A stretch of 64,000 nt of DNA. It comes from an uncultured virus (IMG/VR IMGVR_UViG_3300021255_000141). Taxonomy: Duplodnaviria > Heunggongvirae > Uroviricota > Caudoviricetes. Below the pieces are notes generated by a model. That model did not search any database. It was not told where the DNA came from and saw only the letters and a list, made by a program, of their open reading frames with translations. This document shows positions 1-9,671 of this stretch, piece after piece (position 1 is the first letter of the stretch; the number at the start of each line of letters is the position of its first letter). The DNA is taken from the IMG/VR virus record IMGVR_UViG_3300021255_000141; one strand, given 5' to 3'. Position numbers and translations under genes: made by a program.

Positions 1-438
1 ATTAAAGCACAGCGAGAGTATTTGAGAGTGCGTAGAAGCGAGGGTCAGGTATTCTGGTTGTGTAGTTGGCACGATGATTGTGCAGAGGACCACAAGGACT
101 GGCAGGGTAAGATATATGTTGATAGATTCTGGAGGAGTATGATAGTTGATGAGAGTGTCAGAAGCAGGGTTGCAGCGTATATTCGTAATCACGATACTAG
201 GTCCGTGCAGGATATTATGAGAGGTCCTGTATATATGACGACAAGACCGTATTGTAGACACAGATTTATTCCTGTTGATATAGATGAGGTTCTGTCAGGG
301 AGTGTTAATTCTATTAAAAAAAGCCACCGTGCTCAGGGTCACGTAGGTGGTAAGAGAGGCGACGGTAGACAGAGGTATTTAAAACTCAGGGATAAAATTC
401 ACACCGTGCTCGATATTAGTAATAAAAGGAGGATTTAA
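1..438 (+). CDS. Minor capsid / MuF-like head morphogenesis protein, C-terminal part (5' truncated by window)
   Basis: CSWHxxCAxxHxxWQGKIY...PYCRHRFIPV matches the SxH...HxxWQGKxY...NCRH pattern of Phage_min_cap2/MuF proteins; frame open from position 1. Confidence 0.7.
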   Translation: MKAQREYLRVRRSEGQVFWLCSWHDDCAEDHKDWQGKIYVDRFWRSMIVDESVRSRVAAYIRNHDTRSVQDIMRGPVYMTTRPYCRHRFIPVDIDEVLSGSVNSIKKSHRAQGHVGGKRGDGRQRYLKLRDKIHTVLDISNKRRI

Positions 439-671
439 AATGTCCTCCTATTTTTTACGTTAGGATATGCAGCGAGTAATGCCTGTCTGGCAGAATCGAA
501 ATCGTAATAGTTGTAATGTCCCTGAGCCCAGGAACCTGATACTGGGTCGTAAGAGTAACCCCAGGCGAAATCCTGTTCCTCTGGTCGGAATACTAATATT
601 ATATAATTATTGCGACTGTCAGCGTATTTCTCGAGTATAATCCACCCTAGATTCGTTAATTTAGTATACAT
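435..671 (-). CDS. Small hypothetical protein (cassette array)
   Basis: AGGAGG RBS; own promoter at 696-724. Confidence 0.8.
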   Translation of the reverse strand: MYTKLTNLGWIILEKYADSRNNYIILVFRPEEQDFAWGYSYDPVSGSWAQGHYNYYDFDSARQALLAAYPNVKNRRTF

Positions 672-727
672 GATGCAGATACCTCCTATACTAATATTAT
701 ACCATATATTATAAGAGAAGTCAATAT

Positions 728-790
728 TAAAAGTTAATTCATGCCAGAAATCCGCAGACCCCTTATATGAATTAACTGCGTTATTTTATA
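728..790 (-). ncRNA. Candidate hairpin small RNA
   Basis: TTGACA(824-819)-17-TATACT(801-796) promoter; 11-bp stem 732-742/767-777 then U-run; no ORF with RBS. Confidence 0.4.
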
Positions 791-863
791 CCTGAAGTAT
801 ATCACATAATATTATATGTGTCAATAATGTTACCGTGCTTAATCTGATTTAAGGAAAACCAGT

Positions 864-1214
864 CTATGCGACTGGTCTGATTCCTATTTCCCAGAATGAT
901 TGAATTTCATTTATTAATTTTTCTTCGTCGCAGTCATCGATTAGTGCCGATAAGAATTCCATGTGGTCATCCATATCACACCAGTCTAGGGCTTGTTCTG
1001 CCCAACCCTTAGCAGTTAGGATTCTATCTACAGCGAAGTCACCTCCTTGATAATCAGCGAAGCACTCATATTTTTTAGTGTCGTCGAATTTTAAATCGAT
1101 AAGTTTAACGCAATCGTCATAATTGTATGATTCAACCTCTCCAAGGAAGAAATTATCATATTTGGTTTTAACGCATTTTGCTCTTTCTTGTTCAAATAAT
1201 TGTAAATCCTTCAT
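864..1214 (-). CDS. Acidic hypothetical protein
   Basis: ORF coupled to the upstream gene; GAGGTG RBS. Confidence 0.8.
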   Translation of the reverse strand: MKDLQLFEQERAKCVKTKYDNFFLGEVESYNYDDCVKLIDLKFDDTKKYECFADYQGGDFAVDRILTAKGWAEQALDWCDMDDHMEFLSALIDDCDEEKLINEIQSFWEIGIRPVA

Positions 1215-1219
1215 TTTTA

Positions 1220-1462
1220 TCACCTCTTTAATTTATTATAAATACTTAAATACTGTCTCATAGCCTTGTCGTCCTCTACGAGGCTTCTAACGTCGCTATA
1301 AGTGTCTGAAATATAATCCTGTAATTGTGAGATATTCTCTTCTAAATCAAGGCTCATAATTGAATCTACGATTTCTTCTTTATCAATGTCACAAACTTCA
1401 TAAGGATTGATATATTTTACAAGATTATAAATCGCTATTGCTGTTTTTCTTGTAGTATCCAT
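1220..1462 (-). CDS. Hypothetical protein (start MDTTRK)
   Basis: AAGGAG RBS; promoter at about 1491-1519. Confidence 0.8.
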   Translation of the reverse strand: MDTTRKTAIAIYNLVKYINPYEVCDIDKEEIVDSIMSLDLEENISQLQDYISDTYSDVRSLVEDDKAMRQYLSIYNKLKR

Positions 1463-1608
1463 AGTCAAAATCTCCTTTCTTTGTACTTTTATTATAATAC
1501 AACTTATATCAAATGTCAATAGTTTTTTAAAAGATTGTTATGCACGGTATAGCATGATTGGTTAACCGTGCTATATCTGGGAGTAAAAAAAGAGGGATTC
1601 AATCCCTC

Positions 1609-2223
1609 CTAGTGTTTTTTGAATACCACTGATTGTCCTTTTTCTAGACTCCAGCATGATTTGCAGTGTTGGCAGTCTCCTATACAAGGTATAGCGAACT
1701 CTGGAATGTCTGCGTTTTTAGTTGAGTCCTTGAAAAATACATATGTGACAGGTAGATTGTAAGGATTTTCAACCTTAAATGTATTATCCCAGGCACTAAA
1801 TACTATTTTTAGATTGCTTGGAATTTCTTCTCCTGAGTCTAAATAGTTATTTACTAGATTAAATTTTTTAGTAAAGCATAAAAATTTTGTGAATGGCAGT
1901 TCCTTCGCCACTCTTATAATACCTTTTAAATATGTCTCATTTACTATATCTCCGCTTGAATGCCATCTAAAGAACTTGTAAACTACGTCTCCATTTAATT
2001 GCTCTATAATTTGATTAAAATAGTTGTCAGGGTCCTCAATAAATGCATCTAAATTGTTTTGTAGGCTCTTTTTAACGTTATCATATAACCAGTTACCTTT
2101 TAACGCATAGCAGCCTTTTTTACAAGGTGCGTCGGCTCTACAAGTCAATGCGGCTGGTAGATTGATACTAGGAATCATAGTTCCTAGTTTGCTGTTAGTC
2201 CTTGATATTTTTATTGTTTTCAT
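1609..2223 (-). CDS. Gp88-like Cys-rich protein (possible Fe-S/radical-SAM-like)
   Basis: NLPAxxTC...PCxxxCYA, RWHxSGD and C-terminal CxxxCxxCxxC motifs. Confidence 0.6.
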   Translation of the reverse strand: MKTIKISRTNSKLGTMIPSINLPAALTCRADAPCKKGCYALKGNWLYDNVKKSLQNNLDAFIEDPDNYFNQIIEQLNGDVVYKFFRWHSSGDIVNETYLKGIIRVAKELPFTKFLCFTKKFNLVNNYLDSGEEIPSNLKIVFSAWDNTFKVENPYNLPVTYVFFKDSTKNADIPEFAIPCIGDCQHCKSCWSLEKGQSVVFKKH

Positions 2224-2373
2224 GTTTTTATACCTCCTTAATACAACTTAATTATAATACATATTATAAGACTTGTCAATACTTTTGTAATAAATTATAT
2301 CATGATTGTTTAGCACGGTAAGTGGATTCATGAGTATCCGTGCTACCAGATGAGGATAAAAGAAAAACCCAGA

Positions 2374-2700
2374 TTATTTTCTGGGTTCTGGTTCAACTTC
2401 TTCTTGTTTACACACATCAAGATATCTTTCGTAGCGAATGCTACCACTAAGATACTCAATGTAGGCTCTTTCGTCAGCCGTTAGGTCTTCTCCAAAGAAG
2501 TAATAATCCATAAGGTTCCAAGGTATTAACTGCTCAACTTCTTTGTTCTGGTCTCCTAATCTTTGATATACTGCATAATAAGTTTGCTTTAATATATCCA
2601 CAAGTTCTTCTTTTGTGAATTGATAAGCATTGTTTGCAATAAAATCATACATATTGCCTTCTTTACAGGCTTTTAATAATTCTTTGTCTCTTTGATTCAT
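2374..2700 (-). CDS. Hypothetical protein (start MNQRDK)
   Basis: AGGAGG RBS; the longer ORF-track start runs through the promoter. Confidence 0.8.
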   Translation of the reverse strand: MNQRDKELLKACKEGNMYDFIANNAYQFTKEELVDILKQTYYAVYQRLGDQNKEVEQLIPWNLMDYYFFGEDLTADERAYIEYLSGSIRYERYLDVCKQEEVEPEPRK

Positions 2701-2833
2701 ATTTTTATCCTCCTTTATGGTACCTTTATTATACCATATACAATAATACATGTCAACAATTATTTGCAGCACGGTAAGTATTATTTTATTATCCGTGCTT
2801 ATCCAGATAAAAGAAAAAGAGGAACAAGTCCTC

Positions 2834-3013
2834 TTATTCGTCTTTACAAGATTTGCAGTCATGCATTAAATCGGATAGGATGTTTGCATATCTTGCTTTT
2901 TCGGAACCGTCGCTCCAGTCCATAGCCTCTAAAAATCTCTTGATTTGTGTAAGTCTCTCGCTTTCATCATATTCAGTTGTCTTGCCGTAGCAAGTAATAG
3001 TAAACTTTGCCAT
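2834..3013 (-). CDS. 59-aa protein MAKFTITCYGK...SCKDE (not in ORF track)
   Basis: Translated by hand; AAGGAG RBS; own promoter. Confidence 0.8.
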   Translation of the reverse strand: MAKFTITCYGKTTEYDESERLTQIKRFLEAMDWSDGSEKARYANILSDLMHDCKSCKDE

Positions 3014-3122
3014 ACTATTATCTCCTTTCTTCTATATTTATATTATACCATATAATATACAAGTTGTCAATAACAAAATGCAGCACGGTACATGACGCAG
3101 AAGAAAAGGAGAATTGCTTCTC

Positions 3123-3467
3123 CTAGTCATAATATTTATTTAAGTACGCTTGTACTACTTTATCAAATGTTTCATCATTAAGTTGTTCATTTATTTTCTT
3201 CATATTAATTTTAATTTTCTTACACTCATAATAATCAAAACAATGATATATGCAGTCTACAACAACATCTGCAATTAATTGTGTGTATGTTTTATCAACA
3301 TTATCCCAAACTGCTCTTACATAATTACATATGGCTGTAAAATCTTCATCAGTTATAGGTTTATCAACTGACCACAATGATGCTTGAACGCAACTTACTA
3401 TATCAAGCGATATTGATGCTTTAATTCCGTTTTTTTGTAATAAATCTCTAATCTCTATATATGTCAT
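3123..3467 (-). CDS. Hypothetical protein
   Basis: GGAGGA RBS. Confidence 0.8.
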   Translation of the reverse strand: MTYIEIRDLLQKNGIKASISLDIVSCVQASLWSVDKPITDEDFTAICNYVRAVWDNVDKTYTQLIADVVVDCIYHCFDYYECKKIKINMKKINEQLNDETFDKVVQAYLNKYYD

Positions 3468-3512
3468 ATTTAATCCTCCTCTTCACTAACATAATCTTCT
3501 ATTATTATTTAT

Positions 3513-3686
3513 TTACTCTTCTAACATTTTCTTTTGAACTTCTCTTATTCTTGTCTTAACAGTTTCATTGCTTACTTTTTCTATCAGGTCATCTAGGTCA
3601 TCAACATAGAACTCTGTTTCAAGTAATTCTTCTAAACTTTCATAAAATTATATCCATCTAGGTTTCCATTTTGACATTCTTCTCAT
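3513..3686 (-). pseudogene. Small gene with in-frame TAA at 3648-3650
   Basis: GGAGGA RBS, then MRRMSKWKPRWI*FYESLEELLETEF...KKMLEE*. Confidence 0.55.
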
Positions 3687-3688
3687 AT

Positions 3689-3907
3689 TTAATCCTCCTC
3701 ATCATATAAATAAAGACTTCCACATTCATTTAATGATATAAATATATCATCATTTACTTCTGAGCGATATGCTCCAATTTTCATTTTATCATTGAATACA
3801 TATTCACTAACATTATGCATTAACAAATTATAAACTATTGCTTTAATATTAATAATTTTTAATACATCTTTATTGATATTATCACTAATATATATTTTTC
3901 TTTCCAT
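3689..3907 (-). CDS. Hypothetical protein (start MERKI)
   Basis: AAGGAG RBS; promoter upstream. Confidence 0.75.
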   Translation of the reverse strand: MERKIYISDNINKDVLKIINIKAIVYNLLMHNVSEYVFNDKMKIGAYRSEVNDDIFISLNECGSLYLYDEED

Positions 3908-4036
3908 ACGTCTCATCTCCTTGTATACATAGTATACCATAACATATAATAATTGTAAATGGTTTTTTTATTTTTATTTACGCACGGATATACTCCCAGA
4001 TTCAAACCGTGCTATTCTGGATAAAAATAAAACAGG

Positions 4037-4213
4037 CTATTCGCCTGTCTCATAAACTCTGCCGTCGATTTCCCAGTAAACCTTATCAGGGTCAAGGTCG
4101 ATTGCTCCTCCATTTACATCTTCGGCTGAGAAGTCCCATAGTTCGCCATTGTCATATGCCTCTCCATACTTCTCTCTGTACTCCTCTAGAGTTTTACCAC
4201 ATAGTATTACCAT
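4037..4213 (-). CDS. 58-aa acidic protein MVILCGKTLEEY...YETGE (not in ORF track)
   Basis: Translated by hand; GAGGTG RBS; own promoter. Confidence 0.8.
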   Translation of the reverse strand: MVILCGKTLEEYREKYGEAYDNGELWDFSAEDVNGGAIDLDPDKVYWEIDGRVYETGE

Positions 4214-4314
4214 ACTAACACCTCTTTCCTATACTTTTATTATAGCATAAACAATAACATATGTCAATAAGAAAATATAGCACGGTATTGATTCTAAAAG
4301 AAAAGGTTGCCTTA

Positions 4315-4752
4315 TCAGCAACCGAACACTTCTTTTCTAAAGTGTAAACATCTTAGTTTGTTGTCTATTAACTTTTTAATTATGAAGTGATTACATCCGT
4401 CATGATGATGAGCCTCTATGTGAAGATTACCATATCTATCTTCATAGATATTATTCATATCCTCTAAACAAGCATAAACGGCTTTTGAGACGTTTTCAAA
4501 CTCTTTAGGATATATTTTATGTTTGCCATCCCATAAGCCTAATTCTCCTATAACAGCAACCTTTTGATTTGCTAGTGGAGAATACTTATAGTTTCCGTCT
4601 TTACCGAAGTCATCTTCAAAAGTTGATTTGATGTATTCATCCAAGTCCATATCAGTTGGAACATAGATATTATCACATCCATAATCCTTTCTTAATTCTT
4701 CCTGCTCCTCACTTGTCATCAAGTAGAAGTCTTTATAAATAGTGTGATTCAT
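4315..4752 (-). CDS. Hypothetical protein (GLWDG...HHDG motif)
   Basis: AAGGAG RBS; own promoter. Confidence 0.8.
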   Translation of the reverse strand: MNHTIYKDFYLMTSEEQEELRKDYGCDNIYVPTDMDLDEYIKSTFEDDFGKDGNYKYSPLANQKVAVIGELGLWDGKHKIYPKEFENVSKAVYACLEDMNNIYEDRYGNLHIEAHHHDGCNHFIIKKLIDNKLRCLHFRKEVFGC

Positions 4753-4857
4753 ATTATCAACACTCCTTTCCTTTGTCTTTATTATAATACATACAATAAT
4801 AAAAGTCAACAAGAATATTAAGCACGGTGATGAATCAAAAAGAAAGGAGTGATTGAT

Positions 4858-5160
4858 TCACTCCCAACATTGTTCAAGTTCATTCATAAACTTATTTAAA
4901 TAATCTAATTCCTTTTGACCATAAATTGAGAAGCAATAACCTTCAGGATGTGATTTAAATATAAAATTAATTTTTTCTCTGCCTTCAACCTCATCATCAA
5001 ACTCAACTATTAAAATTGGATATTCCTTGTCATTTTCGCTATAAAATGTAATTTTCTTATATTCAAACATTACATCTAGGCTACCAAACAACGAACAGTT
5101 TTTGTTATTAATCCACTGGGATACTATAAACATTGCTTTGCTTTTATCATATATTTTCAT
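4858..5160 (-). CDS. Hypothetical protein
   Basis: RBS, promoter and terminator present. Confidence 0.8.
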   Translation of the reverse strand: MKIYDKSKAMFIVSQWINNKNCSLFGSLDVMFEYKKITFYSENDKEYPILIVEFDDEVEGREKINFIFKSHPEGYCFSIYGQKELDYLNKFMNELEQCWE

Positions 5161-5255
5161 ATTAACACCTCTTTCTATTTATATTATATCATATAGTATA
5201 AGAAGAAGCAAGGATTTTTTCATGCACGGTGGAATCAAGAAAAAGAAAGAGGAGA

Positions 5256-5525
5256 TTAATTCTCCTCCTTTGTAAACAGCATAACTCTTTCAGCAATTAA
5301 GTCTACTTCATAGTTAGGTTCACCATATGATTTAATATGTCCTTTAATACCTACTGTTTTATTAATAAAATTATTTATTCCGTCAGGGAAGTTAGGTATA
5401 AGAACTTCAATATCATCAAACTCTTTTTTACCCTCAGCATTTAAGAATGGTCTTTGAACTTTAATTACTGCCCTATTGCTTTTTACCTCTTCTAGTTTAC
5501 CAATAATCATAAAATAATTGTACAT
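5256..5525 (-). CDS. Short SSB-like OB-fold protein
   Basis: IIGKL...VQRPF.N.EG...DDIEV...VGIKGHI...AERV pattern of bacterial SSB; no acidic DDxPF tail. Confidence 0.6.
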   Translation of the reverse strand: MYNYFMIIGKLEEVKSNRAVIKVQRPFLNAEGKKEFDDIEVLIPNFPDGINNFINKTVGIKGHIKSYGEPNYEVDLIAERVMLFTKEEN

Positions 5526-5673
5526 ATTATTCAACTCCTTTCTCTAATTATATTGTACACTATAATATCCTGATTGTCAACAGTTTATTTTTACACGGTT
5601 ATACAGAATCACATCAGGATTCCAATCTGGCTGCATCCGTGCTACATGTCTGTGAACAAAATAAAAACCAGCA

Positions 5674-5934
5674 TTACGCTGGTTGGAATAAATCATTAAA
5701 TTTTAAATCTTCATCAGGAACTTGTTTTTCAGGAATATTGTATTTTTTTCTTACTGATGTAAATATTAATCTGTCATCTTCACCAAACAAGTATAATGTG
5801 GCTTTATCATTTGAATGGTTCATATAAAACCAAGACCATAATATTGCTTCAAGTCCTTCAGCCACTTCCTTGACTTGACCTCTACCATTAACAACTACTC
5901 CTTTACATTTTTCTAAATCTTTACTTAATAGCAT
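5674..5934 (-). CDS. Hypothetical protein
   Basis: Overlaps upstream stop; GGAGG RBS. Confidence 0.75.
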   Translation of the reverse strand: MLLSKDLEKCKGVVVNGRGQVKEVAEGLEAILWSWFYMNHSNDKATLYLFGEDDRLIFTSVRKKYNIPEKQVPDEDLKFNDLFQPA

Positions 5935-6124
5935 CTTCTAACACCTCCATAGTATGCTCTAATTCGTCCAAAATCGCTTGTTTTACGAGTTTTAATTGTT
6001 TAGCAGTATATTTATAGAATGATTTGTTTCTAAACTTCCTAAAACTGTATATTGTTTGAAGAACTTCATTGGTTCTTCGTTCAGCGATACGCTTAAAATT
6101 ATTTTCTTTTTCTTCATCAGCCAT
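5921..6124 (-). CDS. Small basic helical protein
   Basis: AAGGAG RBS; promoter at about 6149-6177. Confidence 0.75.
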   Translation of the reverse strand: MADEEKENNFKRIAERRTNEVLQTIYSFRKFRNKSFYKYTAKQLKLVKQAILDELEHTMEVLEDAIK

Positions 6125-6257
6125 ATCAATCATCTCCTTACCTACTTCTATTATACCACCTAATATAATATTGTCAACAATATTTTGAAAAATATTTTTA
6201 AATTATTATAGCACGGTACATTCCTGTAAAAAAAGAGGTTCAGGATTGCTCCTGAGC

Positions 6258-6560
6258 CTACCATTTTTCAACATATTCAATTGTATACTGCATTGCTTCT
6301 TGGTTGTCGATATCAGGAATGTAATGGCACTCGATATGTGTTATATCTTTATAATCAATATCTTTTTTAGCAACTTTTTTAACTAGCCAATCATTGATAT
6401 CGTCTTTATATTCACTTCTATCAAGTCCACACTCATGATTACCCCACACATTAATAATTAATGTTTTTAATAACCTGCCATTTTCTACATCAGTTTTTGT
6501 TTTCTTACCTACAACCTTAGCATTTACTGAGCCATAGCCCATAAAGTGTTTTATTCTCAT
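6258..6560 (-). CDS. Hypothetical protein
   Basis: AGGAGG RBS; promoter. Confidence 0.8.
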   Translation of the reverse strand: MRIKHFMGYGSVNAKVVGKKTKTDVENGRLLKTLIINVWGNHECGLDRSEYKDDINDWLVKKVAKKDIDYKDITHIECHYIPDIDNQEAMQYTIEYVEKW

Positions 6561-6672
6561 ATAACGCTCCTCCTTATTACAATTATATTATATCATACAT
6601 TATAACAATCGTCAACTAAAATATTTAGCACGGCATGGTGGATAATAAAGAAGGGAATTACTTCCCTATCTT

Positions 6673-6945
6673 TTATTCACAATCTTCATTTAACTTTACT
6701 AAGATTGTTGTTGAGTTATCTTCCCAAAACTTATTTAAGTAATCAGTGTTTTTAATAATTACTTCGTTAAAATAATCAGTTCTAGAATAGGCAACATTGT
6801 ATATTTTATCTACTAATACAACTCCACCTTTTGAATGATTATGAATGGTTACGTTTGCTTTTGTAGTGGCAATGTAATCATTGATTACTTTGTTTTTATC
6901 TTTGGAAAACTCCTTTCTTAAAAATAATTTTGTAAAACCTAACAT
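6673..6945 (-). CDS. Hypothetical protein
   Basis: AAGGAG RBS; promoter. Confidence 0.8.
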   Translation of the reverse strand: MLGFTKLFLRKEFSKDKNKVINDYIATTKANVTIHNHSKGGVVLVDKIYNVAYSRTDYFNEVIIKNTDYLNKFWEDNSTTILVKLNEDCE

Positions 6946-7185
6946 ATTTATTTCTCCTTTCTCTAAGGTATCTTACCTTACAACTATATTATACTACATA
7001 GTATACAATAATGCAATACCTTTTTAAAACATTTTTAAATTAATAATGATAATTTATACGACGAGATAATAAAAACGTCTAAAACAGGCTGTTTTGGGCT
7101 GCACGGAAGGGATTCTGGAATCAGGTGAATCTGGGATTCTGTTCAGGATTCTAATACCGTGCATATCAGATGATAAAAAAGGAGA

Positions 7186-7560
7186 TTAACTCCTTTCACA
7201 TATCTTGTGGGCTAATCTCTTTATTTCATTTAAATCGGCTAGTTCTTGTTCTAGTTGAGCAACTCTACTTTTTAATGATGCATTTTCTAATTTCAGTTTA
7301 TTATTCTCTCTTCTAATACCATTATCAGCCAACGACATTATATCTCCTCTTACTAATGTATAACCATAGTCCTTAACGTAATTGGCTATCTTTTTAAAAG
7401 TTTCAGTATTGGTACTGCTACCTGCAAATCTATTGTTATATAGTTTGCTAACGTAAGATATTGATACCCCACATAATTCAGCAAAGGTTGAAACATTAAT
7501 CTCTTTACCTTTACCATACCCTTGTAGGTCAAAAAATTCTCTTAATGTTACTGTTCTCAT
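7186..7560 (-). CDS. HTH DNA-binding protein with C-terminal coiled coil
   Basis: VSTFAELCGVSISYVSKLYN helix-turn-helix plus leucine heptads. Confidence 0.7.
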   Translation of the reverse strand: MRTVTLREFFDLQGYGKGKEINVSTFAELCGVSISYVSKLYNNRFAGSSTNTETFKKIANYVKDYGYTLVRGDIMSLADNGIRRENNKLKLENASLKSRVAQLEQELADLNEIKRLAHKICERS

Positions 7561-7619
7561 ATCGATACATCCTTTCTATACTCTAATTATATACCATATA
7601 CTATAATAAGTCAAGAAAA

Positions 7620-7757
7620 TTATTTGGCACGGTTTTCTAGTTGCTTCAGGTAGTTGCTTGCAGAAATATAACTGTCCTGATAAGAGATAATTACATTGTT
7701 CGAGTTCACAACTATCCAACACTTATGCTTCTCTGAATATTTGATGTAGTATGTCAT
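7620..7757 (-). CDS. 45-aa protein MTYYIKYSEKHKCW...NRAK (not in ORF track)
   Basis: Translated by hand; AGGAGG RBS. Confidence 0.65.
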   Translation of the reverse strand: MTYYIKYSEKHKCWIVVNSNNVIISYQDSYISASNYLKQLENRAK

Positions 7758-7807
7758 CAGAATCCCTCCTTTGCACGGTCATGATTGTTTTAGAAAAGGG
7801 TAGCGAA

Positions 7808-8251
7808 CTACCCTAAACTAATTATGTTTTTAAGTTTTACATCGAAAATAGGTACCTCAGCATATGAGTAATCATTTTTAGGTTCAGGCAATGCTCCAAC
7901 CTCTACTAAATACTTATAATCAACCTCTTCACCATCTAGAAAGTATGTTGTGTGGACTTTAGATTTGTTTTGAGCCTTTGTACATCTTAATCTTAATTCA
8001 TTTGTCTTCTCATTAAGAATTAAGTACTTATTGTACCATTTACCATTGATATCATTGAATACTGTTTTTACATCAGCAATTGTTTTAATCTTTTGATATC
8101 TAACGCCTAGCCTTACCACTCTTGAGGTTATTTTAACTACTCTACCTTTGAATGCTTTTCGTAGACCACTTGGCTCTACCTCATATTTAATTTTTGTGTA
8201 AGTACCATTTTTAATGAATGGCATAAAAGTTAAGAAATCTTGTAATTCCAT
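7808..8251 (-). CDS. Basic hypothetical protein (start MELQDF) with structured 5' leader
   Basis: GAGG RBS; promoter at about 8368-8395. Confidence 0.8.
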   Translation of the reverse strand: MELQDFLTFMPFIKNGTYTKIKYEVEPSGLRKAFKGRVVKITSRVVRLGVRYQKIKTIADVKTVFNDINGKWYNKYLILNEKTNELRLRCTKAQNKSKVHTTYFLDGEEVDYKYLVEVGALPEPKNDYSYAEVPIFDVKLKNIISLG

Positions 8252-8326
8252 TTTGTTTACCTCTCTTTTCTCCCTCAAACTTTTTTTGTTAGACTTGGGA
8301 CTAACCATTGGTGTTTTAAGAAAAAG

Positions 8327-8356
8327 GGACTTTTTATAAGGAAGTCCAAAACCTCT
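8327..8356 (-). promoter_or_regulatory. Candidate H-type pseudoknot in 5' leader
   Basis: AGAGG-TTTT-GGAC-TT-CCTT-ATAAAAA-GTCC. Confidence 0.45.
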
Positions 8357-8518
8357 TTACGTATATAGTATACCATTATATATACTAACTGTCAACAACT
8401 TTTTATAAAAAATTTTTAGAGGATTTTGGCACGGTATGCAGCATGTCGTCTGGGAAGCGACTGTTCCAGATTGCTGGTCATCTGGAGGGCACGGTTTATC
8501 CAGCATAAAAAAAGAGGA

Positions 8519-8863
8519 CTAAGCCTCTTTCTGGTTTATTAAGTTTTCAAATTCATCAGGAAGCATAAACATTATTGGATATTCTCTAAACTCAGGTGTG
8601 ATTGCTTCTTTTTTAACTGCTACCCAACGTCCTGTAGGGTTTTCGTCTTCGCTTGGCTTCTCTACCAATAAAGTGTATCCTTTAAACTTTTCTTTGCATT
8701 TATCGCAAGGTTCAATAGAATTACATATCTGTTTAGGTGCCTCCACATCTCCTTTTAATTTACCCATCAATGCTATTCCAGTTGCTTCTCCGCAATAGAA
8801 ACAAACTGTCATACTTGGATTAACTCCGAACTTCTTACTTAATAATATATCTCCTTTAGCCAT
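8519..8863 (-). CDS. Zinc-finger protein (CxxC...CxxC)
   Basis: GVNPS...CFYCG...PCDKC. Confidence 0.75.
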   Translation of the reverse strand: MAKGDILLSKKFGVNPSMTVCFYCGEATGIALMGKLKGDVEAPKQICNSIEPCDKCKEKFKGYTLLVEKPSEDENPTGRWVAVKKEAITPEFREYPIMFMLPDEFENLINQKEA

Positions 8864-8973
8864 AAGCCATTCCCCCTTTTGCAACTATATTATACTATAT
8901 ATTATAAGTTTTGTCAACAATCCTGAACAATCAAATTTATGCACGGATGAATCCAGATAAAAAAGAAGAGGTA

Positions 8974-9240
8974 TTAAACCTCTCCTCCTTGTCTCCAAAT
9001 CATATCATCAATGGTAGCAGTTGTTCCACTAATAGTAGCCATTCTTTCTTCTGAGTATTCAAGTTCACTCATTGTCTTTACTACACCATTTCTAATGGCT
9101 CTTAATTCTTTTACTGATTTACCATTTAAATCTAAGATTTCCTTTACCTTATCCATTTGCTCATAAGTTATGAACGCCCTATTAATATTAAGTTTTTTTA
9201 ATTGTTTAACTTGGTTATCGTTAATTACAGCAAATTCCAT
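8974..9240 (-). CDS. Hypothetical protein
   Basis: AGGAGG RBS; promoter. Confidence 0.8.
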   Translation of the reverse strand: MEFAVINDNQVKQLKKLNINRAFITYEQMDKVKEILDLNGKSVKELRAIRNGVVKTMSELEYSEERMATISGTTATIDDMIWRQGGEV

Positions 9241-9319
9241 ATGCTCTTTCCTCCTTACGTCTTTATTATACTATGCATTATAAGCTAATGTCAATACTTT
9301 AAAATAAAAAGTGAGAAAA

Positions 9320-9535
9320 TTAATTCTCACCTTTATTCCTACGCATATCTGCTAGAATCAATCCTTTGATGTATGTCGCACGGTTAGTCATCCCAGCAAG
9401 ATACTCATTTAATTCCTTTTCTGTATTTGTGTTTACGCAGATAATGTATTTCTTTACATTGTTCTTAGCATATTGAGCAATGTACTTTAACTTGTTCTGA
9501 TAAGCAACTGTTTCCTTTCTTAATTTTGCTGCCAT
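9320..9535 (-). CDS. Small basic protein, possible ribbon-helix-helix
   Basis: KYIICVN...NRATYIKGLILADM; GGAGG RBS. Confidence 0.55.
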   Translation of the reverse strand: MAAKLRKETVAYQNKLKYIAQYAKNNVKKYIICVNTNTEKELNEYLAGMTNRATYIKGLILADMRRNKGEN

Positions 9536-9671
9536 ATTTATCACCTCCCTCTTCTGCTTCATGTTTTACACGGTATGTACAGGCGAATCAGATTCATCAC
9601 CAGATTCATGTGGCGATTCTCATCTGATGCACGGTCTTCGCTGTTAAAATTAAACCTGATTTGAATCAGGC

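Noticed and set aside
728..790. Purine riboswitch (UUCAUAUAA...UUUCU...AUGAA)
   Set aside because: Too short; the P2/P3 stems and conserved loops are missing
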